The notes under the pieces: model-generated
Told to the model about the DNA's origin: nothing
Databases searched by the model: none
Seen by the model: only the letters and a program-made list of their open reading frames with translations
IMG/VR virus record: IMGVR_UViG_3300025117_001212
Direction: 5' to 3' (one strand)
DNA length: 46,940 bases
Source of the DNA: a virus
Made by a program: the position numbers and the translations under genes
Shown: positions 37,670 through 46,625 of the stretch, one piece after another
Layout of the letters: each line of letters starts with the position of its first letter
Position numbering within the stretch: position 1 is the first letter of the stretch

Positions 37670-38828
37670 AGTCTACAGATCGACTATCATAATTTTGATT
37701 TGTTATAAAATCTGTTACTTCTTTTCTAGATTGTGCTATTATATTTGCATCATCACAATACTTATGGATATTTGTCATAATATATTCTAAAGTTGCTATG
37801 ATTACATCATTATTAAGATGTAATGCAAATGAAGTTAAGGTTTTTATTGCGGCAATTGGCCCATGTTTTTTCAACATTACATAAGACATGCATGGTGCCA
37901 GATAACTGAGTGTTGCCATCTGTTCATTTGAATAGTTTGTTGAAAATTCTGTTATAAATCTTATTCCGCTAAAAGGTTCTGTTTTAGAATCAATTGCATA
38001 TTCTATCCAATCAATAATATCTCTGATTATTATATCGAATTTATCATATGATTTAAACTTCAATTGATATTTTGGATGATTTTGTTTAAAATCATAAGCA
38101 TTATATCTAGTTTTTTCATCATATATTATATTTTCTGCTCGTTGATAATGTTCCTTATATAAATGAAAACTAACTGCACTATGATGATAAATTCCAACTT
38201 CACATCCCATTATACCTGCGATGATTTCTTGTAATACTGTAAATTCAAACACATTTATATTAAACGTTCCAAAAATCACATCATTTGACCTCATTCTTAC
38301 AAAGCAATGTAATTTTTTATCTCTTATTAGAAATTGAGCGAATACGGTACATGGCCTATCTTTAGTTTCAATTTCTGGGTTATAATCGTAATCTGGCCTA
38401 GGAATAACAATAATTGCTTGTCTAGTGAATGGATCTTTTTTAAGAGCTTCTATGACTCCGATAATTTGATTATAGTTATCAAAGAAATATTTCAAACGCG
38501 CCCCATATGCCCCACGCCATTCTCGCCCTGGAGGATCTGCATAATTAGTTGCATTAGGTAGAAAATATGATAGGAATTTCATATCAGATCTACCACTTAG
38601 AACCCAAAGTGTTTCGGCTACAGTGGCAGGGAAATTATTATAGCGATGAGGGCAGACGAGAACTTTATGCGTTGGATTTAATATACGAAAAGAATAATCT
38701 ATAATCTCTTTAACTTCTTTTCCTCTTATTACATATGTAGTTCCATATTTATGTACATTCCATAATGACTGTAGAAATGCATCGTTTATATTATTAAAAG
38801 TTGTACCTTCGTTCATAAATGAAAGCAT
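37629..38828 (-). CDS. Thymidylate-synthase-family enzyme, likely dUMP hydroxymethylase
   Basis: GAYGARL, TRQAII, DRPCT, MRSNDVIFG..NINVFEFTVLQE, SFHLY; long C-terminal extension. Confidence 0.75.
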   Translation of the reverse strand: MLSFMNEGTTFNNINDAFLQSLWNVHKYGTTYVIRGKEVKEIIDYSFRILNPTHKVLVCPHRYNNFPATVAETLWVLSGRSDMKFLSYFLPNATNYADPPGREWRGAYGARLKYFFDNYNQIIGVIEALKKDPFTRQAIIVIPRPDYDYNPEIETKDRPCTVFAQFLIRDKKLHCFVRMRSNDVIFGTFNINVFEFTVLQEIIAGIMGCEVGIYHHSAVSFHLYKEHYQRAENIIYDEKTRYNAYDFKQNHPKYQLKFKSYDKFDIIIRDIIDWIEYAIDSKTEPFSGIRFITEFSTNYSNEQMATLSYLAPCMSYVMLKKHGPIAAIKTLTSFALHLNNDVIIATLEYIMTNIHKYCDDANIIAQSRKEVTDFITNQNYDSRSVDFVFWRGTPKTSNV

Positions 38829-38837
38829 ACTCCCTCC

Positions 38838-39365
38838 TTATTTCACCGGTCTTCTTTTATATACAATAGCAATTGATGTGTCTGTATAATCTTTCAAATC
38901 AAAATTGTCACATTTAAATGTTAATTCTCTAAATGATCTCATTTTATTTCTTGATGATTCAGCAATTTGACATTTATGTTTTCTGTCCTTAGTATATTTT
39001 CTATCGCATATTTGACATTTACGATTTACTAGAAATGCGAGAGCATCATAGTTGTTATTTCTAATATATGACAATAGTAGAGTATAGGCTTTGGCTGAAA
39101 GTTTCAAAGTTACTAGATCATCTGGTTTCTTTTTATGGATTGCAATATGTTCTTCAATATTATCAAATTTCTTTTGGCACCACGGGCATTTAGTTGTTCT
39201 TAATTTACCTACAGGAATATCCCATATATCCATTATTTTGCCATCTAACCAATTGGAAAAATCTTTTTCATTAAATCCATGTTCTTCGAACTCATATAGA
39301 AAACATCCATCACTATTTATCTTGATATGTGGATTTTTAATTTGAATTGATTTTAGTAGTTCCAA
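38838..39365 (-). CDS. Zinc-finger hypothetical protein
   Basis: CPWC..H..H and CQIC..HKC. Confidence 0.55.
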   Translation of the reverse strand: MELLKSIQIKNPHIKINSDGCFLYEFEEHGFNEKDFSNWLDGKIMDIWDIPVGKLRTTKCPWCQKKFDNIEEHIAIHKKKPDDLVTLKLSAKAYTLLLSYIRNNNYDALAFLVNRKCQICDRKYTKDRKHKCQIAESSRNKMRSFRELTFKCDNFDLKDYTDTSIAIVYKRRPVK

Positions 39366-39368
39366 ATT

Positions 39369-39728
39369 TTACTCCTCTTCATAATCTATTGAATCACACA
39401 GGCTTTCTATTAGCGTGAGTCTTGAATCAAGAAATTTTATTGTGTTGATTAAATTAATACAAAGCTGTCGCATGTATTCTTTACCTTCATGGTAAAGATT
39501 ACCATTACTACAATTAATTTGATCTTCGATATCATATAACCCATCAAAATCATGTGTTATGGATTCATCTACATAATGAAGAAGATTTTTGATTAAAATT
39601 TTAATAAAATCCTTATCCCCAACATGAATACAAAATGCTATAGAATCACATATATTTTCTATGCTAATACCTGCTTCATTGATATGAATGGGTCCTTTAA
39701 CTCTTATAAATCTTAACTTATCATCCAT
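39369..39728 (-). CDS. Hypothetical protein
   Basis: GGAGG RBS. Confidence 0.55.
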   Translation of the reverse strand: MDDKLRFIRVKGPIHINEAGISIENICDSIAFCIHVGDKDFIKILIKNLLHYVDESITHDFDGLYDIEDQINCSNGNLYHEGKEYMRQLCINLINTIKFLDSRLTLIESLCDSIDYEEE

Positions 39729-39731
39729 TAT

Positions 39732-40007
39732 TTAGCCCTCCTTTCGTATATTTTCAAACTCGTTTATCATATTTTTTAATCTACCTACATCATTTTCATC
39801 CATGATCCAACAATCAAAATGTGAATAGTGAAGTCCTTGTTTAAAGATATATTTTATTGCTAACCAAATTCTTTTATGCCATCTATGATATGGATCAAGA
39901 TGGAACTCTGCATATATTTCTTTGTCTTTTTTATCAAGTGTAAACCTAATGGTATGTTCTACTGTTCCACATCTACATTCGAAATAGTATGTTCCGTCTA
40001 GCATCAA
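39732..40007 (-). CDS. Hypothetical phage protein
   Basis: FECRCG..EH, KRIWLAIKYIF pattern. Confidence 0.6.
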   Translation of the reverse strand: MMLDGTYYFECRCGTVEHTIRFTLDKKDKEIYAEFHLDPYHRWHKRIWLAIKYIFKQGLHYSHFDCWIMDENDVGRLKNMINEFENIRKEG

Positions 40008-40013
40008 TTAACC

Positions 40014-40628
40014 TCACATTAAAATTGCTGTTATTGTAGTTAATTCATTGATTACAGGATACTCATATTCAATTCCTAATTTTTCCATAGTTGCATACAC
40101 ATCAATCCCAATAGCTTCTAATGATGGAAGGCCATTTCTGCGGCATGGTGGATGATCGCGATTAGGGCATCTTATTCCGCATTTATCACAATGACCCTGA
40201 AGCAAAGCAAACACATTCTTATTAAGCTGTTTTAGTTCACGTTTATATCTTACCATTAATTGACATGTTTCTCTTGATTGACCCATTTCACATCCTTTGA
40301 GCTGCCTACCTTTCCTTACTTTAAAGTCTATATGTGATAGATCTTTTTTGTTAATTTTCCAACTTTTAGTTCCATCATTTTTCCATATGAATAATATGCA
40401 GTGATCAAAGCTATTTACGAAATTCATTGATAATTCAAGAGTTTCAAATTGAGGATAAGTAAGTTTAAGATATGATGGACATAAGATAAATCTTCCCACT
40501 CCGCCGCATGTGTAACATTTCAACCTAGCGATTAAATCAAAAATTAATTCATCAGGTTTGATAATTTTATATTCAGAAAAGATTTCTGGTTTAGGCAATT
40601 TGTTTAATATCTTTATTAATTTTTTCAT
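40014..40628 (-). CDS. DUF2284-like metal-binding protein
   Basis: RLKC..C....CP, GHCDKC..C....C, PSLEAIGIDVYAT. Confidence 0.75.
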   Translation of the reverse strand: MKKLIKILNKLPKPEIFSEYKIIKPDELIFDLIARLKCYTCGGVGRFILCPSYLKLTYPQFETLELSMNFVNSFDHCILFIWKNDGTKSWKINKKDLSHIDFKVRKGRQLKGCEMGQSRETCQLMVRYKRELKQLNKNVFALLQGHCDKCGIRCPNRDHPPCRRNGLPSLEAIGIDVYATMEKLGIEYEYPVINELTTITAILM

Positions 40629-41497
40629 TTTAATCCTACGATATGTTTATATCTAAACCATGAACCAAAATTTTTATAAACAACCTTAAATGATACTCCT
40701 GTTAATTTGGTAAATTCTATTTGGGTCATAAGTTCGTTATGTGTTTCGGCTAATTCTCTACCTACTTTAACTAAACTTTTCTTAGTATGTTTCTTTGGTT
40801 TTTTTATTATTTGTGTTTTCCATTTTAATTTTTCAGCTTCAGATTTTTCTCTATGCAGATTCATTCTTTTCATAAGTCTCGTAACAACTACCTTAGTTAG
40901 ATTAAGATTTTTAGCAATTTGCCTTGATGATAGTCCTTGGTGATGCATATTGTAAATTTTTTTGTAATATAAGTCATATTTAATTTTATTATTTTTTGTC
41001 CAACGCACTGGATCTTTAGTTTTTTGCCCATTTGATTTTTTATTCGAACATAATCCCATTCGCCCTGCGTGTTCCATATTTTCTTTATGAGTCACATATT
41101 CCAAATTTTTAATATTATTGTTTGTTTTAATCCCATCAATATGATTTACTTCTTTATTGTTCGGGCATGGACCTAAAAAAGCATGGGCTACTAATCTGGC
41201 AGTACGTATCCATATTTTATTTTTACATAAACTTAGTTTAGTGTTTAAATATCCAGAGGTAGATATCCTTTGATTAGCTAATTTACCAGGCCAATTATCT
41301 GTTTTATCATCATATATTAGCCCTCTAATTCTAGCTAGATTTGATACTTCATAATCAGGAAATTCTATTAGTTTATTCTTAACCATTACAGCACATGGTT
41401 TCCAAATTTCGCCAGGCAGGGTTCCACAATGTGGTTGCCTTTTTAATTGATATTTTCTAGACATTATCTCAAAATTTACCTTCTGGATAATAGTCAC
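40625..41497 (-). CDS. Free-standing NUMOD4/HNH homing endonuclease
   Basis: EIWKP..YEVSNLARIR, RLVAHAFL, VNHIDGIKTNN..NLEYVT..EN..H, C-terminal HTH and FGSW repeat. Confidence 0.9.
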   Translation of the reverse strand: MTIIQKVNFEIMSRKYQLKRQPHCGTLPGEIWKPCAVMVKNKLIEFPDYEVSNLARIRGLIYDDKTDNWPGKLANQRISTSGYLNTKLSLCKNKIWIRTARLVAHAFLGPCPNNKEVNHIDGIKTNNNIKNLEYVTHKENMEHAGRMGLCSNKKSNGQKTKDPVRWTKNNKIKYDLYYKKIYNMHHQGLSSRQIAKNLNLTKVVVTRLMKRMNLHREKSEAEKLKWKTQIIKKPKKHTKKSLVKVGRELAETHNELMTQIEFTKLTGVSFKVVYKNFGSWFRYKHIVGLK

Positions 41498-42005
41498 TTT
41501 GTTTACGGTATACTTGGCCTATTAGATCTTCTATTTCAAAATATACTCCTGTAGTTACATTACCTCCTATTCCTAACGATTTGCTTTTAGCTCTTAGGCA
41601 TGAGTTACAAAATTTATAATTAGGTGTTTTAGTGCCGCACCTTTGACATTTATGTTCTTTAGGAGGGTATAGTGGTTCTGATGGACCAAGTAATTCCATA
41701 GATGCTTTCGGTAAACCATGAACTCTTTTAGATTTTCTATTAAGTTCTAAGTTTATATGTGCCATTTCTAAACATTCATCATCTCCACATGAAATTCTTC
41801 TGACATCTGAATAATAAAAATTTCTATTGCAATATGGACATAATTTAACAAACTTATGCAATCTTCTGCAGATTGCTAAGTAATGTCTTCGTAAAGATAT
41901 CAATCTATCTTTTTTATTTTGGCATTCTATTTCATTACACACATAAAAAAGTTGATTTGGTTTTCTATTTGTTTCTTCGTTACAAAACATACATGAAACT
42001 TTCAT
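41469..42005 (-). CDS. Multi-zinc-finger hypothetical protein
   Basis: Several CxxC/CxxxxC motifs. Confidence 0.55.
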   Translation of the reverse strand: MKVSCMFCNEETNRKPNQLFYVCNEIECQNKKDRLISLRRHYLAICRRLHKFVKLCPYCNRNFYYSDVRRISCGDDECLEMAHINLELNRKSKRVHGLPKASMELLGPSEPLYPPKEHKCQRCGTKTPNYKFCNSCLRAKSKSLGIGGNVTTGVYFEIEDLIGQVYRKQSDYYPEGKF

Positions 42006-42006
42006 A

Positions 42007-43050
42007 TCAGATTTTCCTCACAAGCTCTTGAGCTTCTTGAAAAGCATTGACTTCTATCAATTCAAGAATTGATACAGTTGATGTTCCTAGTTTAGAGCAA
42101 GCTATGCCCGACGCAATGTTGGCAATCCCAGCAGCAAGCTCTGTAGAGTATCCTGAGACACATGCCATTACAAATGCCGCCATTGCAGTATCACCGGCCC
42201 CTGTGACGTCATAGACATTTAATTTTTTCATGGGATTTATTTGCCAAGCATTGTATTTATCACCTACTAGAGTGCCAAGAATCATTCCTTCTTTGCCATG
42301 TGTCACTAAAACATTTGAGATATATGTTCCTTGAAACCCTCTTAAATATTTGATAAATGCTTCTATTTCATTTGTAAACAGTAGATTATTAGGACTTATA
42401 TATAAACCTTCATTTTCTAACAACTTTATATTATATTCGAATTCTTTCATATTTGGTTTAAACGCAAAGATTTTTTTTCCCCAAAAATTAATTATATTTT
42501 GTTTAGTATCAATGAATATTGGAACTTCATTAGAATTGTTAATTATTGTTGCATATATAGGTCTAGTAATAAATCCTTTATTATAATCAGAAATAACAAT
42601 AGCCTTAACCTTTTTTGATAATTCTACAATAGTATTTGATAATTGTTCTAGGTATGGCGATCCAGTAACAACATGGTGTTGATTTTCACCAAAATCATGC
42701 CTTACAATATGATGATGTTCACTTACAGTTCTAACCTTTGTAGGTGTTTTATAGTCATGGCTACGACTTCCATAGAAGCTAATTTTGTTTCTTTTTAATG
42801 TTTTTTCTAATATTTCTCCATTTGCATCAAATCCTATTCTTCCTATTAAGTGTACATTACCACCTAAAGAAGTTATATTAGCAGCAACATTTCCAGCTCC
42901 ACCAGGAGCATATGTTATGTTTTTAACATCACATATAGGTGTAGGTGATTCAGGACTTATTCTATTTACCTCAACATGCTGATAAACATCTAGCATTATA
43001 TCGCCAATAATAAGAATTTCTTGATTAGAGTTTAGCATGTTATTCTCCAT
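42007..43050 (-). CDS. rfaE: D-glycero-D-manno-heptose-7-phosphate kinase (RfaE/HldE kinase domain, PfkB family)
   Basis: GDIMLD, RISPESPTP, GGAGNVA, SDYNKG, PNMKE, YDVTGAGDT. Confidence 0.9.
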   Translation of the reverse strand: MENNMLNSNQEILIIGDIMLDVYQHVEVNRISPESPTPICDVKNITYAPGGAGNVAANITSLGGNVHLIGRIGFDANGEILEKTLKRNKISFYGSRSHDYKTPTKVRTVSEHHHIVRHDFGENQHHVVTGSPYLEQLSNTIVELSKKVKAIVISDYNKGFITRPIYATIINNSNEVPIFIDTKQNIINFWGKKIFAFKPNMKEFEYNIKLLENEGLYISPNNLLFTNEIEAFIKYLRGFQGTYISNVLVTHGKEGMILGTLVGDKYNAWQINPMKKLNVYDVTGAGDTAMAAFVMACVSGYSTELAAGIANIASGIACSKLGTSTVSILELIEVNAFQEAQELVRKI

Positions 43051-43059
43051 GATGTTTCA

Positions 43060-43266
43060 TTATTTAGAATAGGTCTTTGTTTTGAAACAAACATCGCTAT
43101 GTTTTAATTCACATGAATCACAATATCCATGATTAATACATGGATATTTTTTAGCTGCTACAAGCATTGCAAATAGATTTTGTGATCTATTAGTCCATTT
43201 CTTTAATTCTTCGTCTCTTAGATTCTTTAAGTTATAATATTCTTCCTCATTCAATAAGAATTGCAT
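43060..43266 (-). CDS. Hypothetical protein
   Basis: GGAG RBS; Cys-rich end. Confidence 0.5.
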   Translation of the reverse strand: MQFLLNEEEYYNLKNLRDEELKKWTNRSQNLFAMLVAAKKYPCINHGYCDSCELKHSDVCFKTKTYSK

Positions 43267-43537
43267 TAGATTCTATCTCCTTTTTCTCTTCTTGATTACC
43301 TTGGACTCCCTTTTTATCAAAAAGCCTGTTTAGCCACCATTTAAAAGATTTGTCTGCATGATTTTTGCATTGCATTAAACTAGTATGGCAAATAGTTTTT
43401 GATAACCCAGGTAGTTCAGAAGTCATTTCATACTCATTTGGTTTAGTTTGTTTGATATTAAACAATCTCCATTTTCCAACATTTCCTGTTATATTTTTAC
43501 CAAATCCGTTCCAATTGATATCAGGATACTTTTTCAT
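43247..43537 (-). CDS. Hypothetical protein
   Basis: 96 aa packed ORF. Confidence 0.5.
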   Translation of the reverse strand: MKKYPDINWNGFGKNITGNVGKWRLFNIKQTKPNEYEMTSELPGLSKTICHTSLMQCKNHADKSFKWWLNRLFDKKGVQGNQEEKKEIESNAILIE

Positions 43538-43539
43538 TT

Positions 43540-44061
43540 TTATACCCCATATATTTCGTTACGCTTCCAAGGTGCTAGACAATATCGCTCTAACTTTTGT
43601 AAATCAAATAATTTCCCAGGGCATGATTTCTTTGCAAATGCTCTATGCCCTTGTATTCCATTTATTACTGATATTCCAAATGTTGATACTAATGTTATTA
43701 TAAGTTTCACTAGTTTATCAATCATTTCCATAGGTGGTTCTATTTCATCATAATTCCCCACACAACATACTCCAATGCTATTACTATTCTGGCCTTTCGT
43801 GTGAGCTCCTGGAATATTCCAAGATCTACCAACTAAAGTCTCATATTCATTATTTATTCTTTCAATTCCGAAATTATATCCTATGTCTATCCAAGGTTCT
43901 TCTACGGATTTACCATCATATATTAATTTTTCTGATTCTTCTTTTGTTATTATATTTCCATTATACCTCCATGAAGTATGATATCTCCGAATGGCTTGCC
44001 AATCAACAACAGCACCATCTTTGGTTAGAGAATGATGTATAATAATATTTTTATATTCCAA
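43540..44061 (-). CDS. N-acetylmuramoyl-L-alanine amidase (endolysin-like, Amidase_2)
   Basis: IIIHHS, DIGYNF, GAHTKGQNSNSIGVC..GNY, GHR..KSCPG. Confidence 0.9.
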   Translation of the reverse strand: MEYKNIIIHHSLTKDGAVVDWQAIRRYHTSWRYNGNIITKEESEKLIYDGKSVEEPWIDIGYNFGIERINNEYETLVGRSWNIPGAHTKGQNSNSIGVCCVGNYDEIEPPMEMIDKLVKLIITLVSTFGISVINGIQGHRAFAKKSCPGKLFDLQKLERYCLAPWKRNEIYGV

Positions 44062-44076
44062 GACACTCCTCCCTAA

Positions 44077-45249
44077 TTAAATAAAAATTAATCTTCTTGG
44101 CCTCCAAATTAATTTAGATTTAGAATATGATATCGGGAAATTGCTATCAATGTTTGTACGTATAGTAATTCCTAATACTTTTAAGCTCCTAATAGATCCT
44201 ACTATATTCCCTAGTTTATAATGTTTTGCTTTTATAATATCCCAATGTCTAAATCCATTTCTTTCAATACAAGTTTTAGTTGGATTATTTTCCCATACCT
44301 TGGTTCTTTTGGGAATTATCAAATATTCCTTACATTTAAACTTAAAAGACTTAATCATAGCTGAGGCATCATTTGCATGAGATTTTTTTAATCCAAGTTC
44401 TATTCTTTTATTTTTAGTCATCCAACCAAAACAAATTCTCACTTTTTTAAATCTTTCTTTCAATGCATTAAATAAAAACCATTTTCCTTGTTGAACATGT
44501 GCTGGATATCTGAATTGTTTAACACTTTTATTAAATAGCCATTTACCATTATGTAATGAATTATGACAATTCTTGCACAAAGTCAATCCGTTCTTAACTA
44601 TGTTAGTTCCACCATTTGATCTAGGAATTATATGATGGGCATTTAAATTTTCTTTACTTTTACAATGTTGACAAATATATTTATCTCTCCATAGAACCTT
44701 TTGTCTCCAATTTTCACCTTCATATCTAGATTGTTGATATTCTTTCCCAACCAATTTATATCCAGCACTCATTGATGAAATATCAAATTGTCCTTGTTCG
44801 ACAACACATTTAGTGATATTTAATCTTTTCATCATAAAATCAATCACTCTAAGAATTGATTCTTTCTTTTGTCTTATAGAAGGAGGAATCCAACCTTTTT
44901 CTCTTTTTCTATTCAAAAACCTACATTGTCTATATCTTAAATTACGATTTCTTCTATTTCTACGATACATCATTCTTTGCAACATTTTTCTATGTACATC
45001 TTGCCTTAATTTAATAGTTCCACAAAATACAACATTTTTCTTGTGACCTATTGATATCCCTACTTCTTTAGCTCCATCATCAATTCCGATTTTAAATTTG
45101 CCTACAGGATTATTAATCACTTTCTTCAATTGAATCGTAAACGGAATCACTGAATATACAAATGCTTTCTTTTTCTTCAAAAGAAGTCTTGCCCTTGCTT
45201 CAGTGGTAGGAAGCAATGGCTTAAATTCTCTATCTATGACAAAGACCAT
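44077..45249 (-). CDS. iscB: IscB RNA-guided endonuclease
   Basis: PLLP (PLMP) N-terminus, GIDDG RuvC-I, RRNRR bridge helix, VEQG, HNH (HHIIPRSNGG..N..CKNCH), KSHANDA. Confidence 0.95.
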   Translation of the reverse strand: MVFVIDREFKPLLPTTEARARLLLKKKKAFVYSVIPFTIQLKKVINNPVGKFKIGIDDGAKEVGISIGHKKNVVFCGTIKLRQDVHRKMLQRMMYRRNRRNRNLRYRQCRFLNRKREKGWIPPSIRQKKESILRVIDFMMKRLNITKCVVEQGQFDISSMSAGYKLVGKEYQQSRYEGENWRQKVLWRDKYICQHCKSKENLNAHHIIPRSNGGTNIVKNGLTLCKNCHNSLHNGKWLFNKSVKQFRYPAHVQQGKWFLFNALKERFKKVRICFGWMTKNKRIELGLKKSHANDASAMIKSFKFKCKEYLIIPKRTKVWENNPTKTCIERNGFRHWDIIKAKHYKLGNIVGSIRSLKVLGITIRTNIDSNFPISYSKSKLIWRPRRLIFI

Positions 45250-45505
45250 TTAAGGTATCTCCTCTCGGGTTACGGTATCCTCGACAAACTGCGTCTCACG
45301 TCTTAACGATAAGAACCCATGATTCCTATCCCACAGAGCTCCAAACTGGATAAATTCGGAGGTGTTTAGTGAGAACAGGTAGCTGGACAAACTCACCTGC
45401 ATACTCGGCTTAACAACCAGCTTAGTCTCGAAGTCAATCATTGTATGCTACGACTCCTTGAATGAATCTAAAAACGAATGTTGACTTGCTACTTCTAAAA
45501 ATGTG
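45250..45505 (-). ncRNA. IscB omega-RNA (guide about 45505-45486; scaffold from GTCAAC at 45485)
   Basis: GC-richer block upstream of iscB; AAGTCAACATT pairs with AATGATTGACTT, followed by AGACTAAG, as in IscB omega-RNA 5' stems. Confidence 0.7.
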
Positions 45506-45870
45506 GCCGTGGCGGTAACTGATCTAAAGCGATGCCTAGTATAAGGTTGAATTCTAAATGTTTCATTTCTTGATAATTCAATGCATCTAGGTTTGCCTAC
45601 AAAATTATCAGCAGTTCCATGCAACCATTCTAACATTATTATTCCATCTAGAACATAAAAGGTTTCATCTTTATGTTTATGATAATGAAATGCACCATTT
45701 GATGAAATGACTTGATTAGCGCAATATAGAAGTTTTAGGCTATATATTTCAGTGCTTACAATAAGTTTCTCATATCCCCAAGGTTTAACTACTACATTGT
45801 CTTCATCATTTATGTCTATAGGTTCATAAAATCTTAGTGCAATTCCTTTTGGATAAAGTAAATCATTCAT
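45448..45870 (-). CDS. Cupin (sugar isomerase-like) protein
   Basis: VVKPWGYE, FHYHKHKDETFYVL.G, HRF, FLEVA. Confidence 0.8.
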   Translation of the reverse strand: MNDLLYPKGIALRFYEPIDINDEDNVVVKPWGYEKLIVSTEIYSLKLLYCANQVISSNGAFHYHKHKDETFYVLDGIIMLEWLHGTADNFVGKPRCIELSRNETFRIQPYTRHRFRSVTATATFLEVASQHSFLDSFKES

Positions 45871-45879
45871 TATATACCT

Positions 45880-46293
45880 CTATTTAACCGGAGTTCTTTT
45901 AATCTTCCCTTTTTGAATTTGTAATCTTAAACTAGTGTCACACCTAAGATATGCCTTATTTCTTTGGTATTTTGGATCTAATCTAATAGATCCTCCTAAC
46001 CCAAATAACTTTCCTGTTATTTCACATCTCGAGCATTTATAAAGGTCACAATATGCGCCATTTCTTTTTACTGTTACTAAATTTATCTTTTGCCATTCAT
46101 GATCTTTTATTGAAAATTTGTTTAATATTCTCACGCCAAGTAAAACTCTTTCTTTATCCCCCTCGTAAAGTGTTTCATTATATCTTTTGATTATTTCTTT
46201 AGCCCATTCTTCAGGATTATCTATATTTTGATCATACTCCTCTTCATGAATGTTACTTAAATCTTTATTGGCTACCTTAATTACAAACTTCAT
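45880..46293 (-). CDS. Hypothetical protein
   Basis: HEW.K.NLVT..YKCSRC.ITGK motif; ATGA overlap. Confidence 0.6.
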   Translation of the reverse strand: MKFVIKVANKDLSNIHEEEYDQNIDNPEEWAKEIIKRYNETLYEGDKERVLLGVRILNKFSIKDHEWQKINLVTVKRNGAYCDLYKCSRCEITGKLFGLGGSIRLDPKYQRNKAYLRCDTSLRLQIQKGKIKRTPVK

Positions 46294-46493
46294 GGTATCT
46301 CCATACCAGACCTAATATACAATTGATCTGCAAGAAATTCATCTTCTTCATTAGACACACCCATTGATAATAGTCTTCCCAATGCAAGCATTATAATTCT
46401 ATCATTACTCATATCGCATATTTTGCTTTCAAAAATTTTTTGTTGGTTTTTTTCTTCAAGTTTTTCGTTCTCTGATTTTCTAAACAATCCCAT
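46290..46493 (-). CDS. Hypothetical protein
   Basis: GAGGTG RBS. Confidence 0.55.
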   Translation of the reverse strand: MGLFRKSENEKLEEKNQQKIFESKICDMSNDRIIMLALGRLLSMGVSNEEDEFLADQLYIRSGMEIP

Positions 46494-46503
46494 TTTTTAC
46501 CAC

Positions 46504-46625
46504 CTCTTCTTTTTACTAATTTCATGACGTTTCCTCTAAGAGGCATCTACCATCTAAGGTAGAACTTTCTAGCTTCAACGGACTCTGTGAGTCCTCCACA
46601 TGGTTGCGTCCCAACCTTTTTGATT
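46504..46625 (-). ncRNA. TnpB omega-RNA copy 3 (scaffold ends 46524; guide about 46523-46504)
   Basis: Same conserved block ending GAAACGTCAT. Confidence 0.8.

Noticed and set aside
45250-45441. 63-aa ORF upstream of iscB
   Set aside because: Coincides with the omega-RNA scaffold and has no RBS
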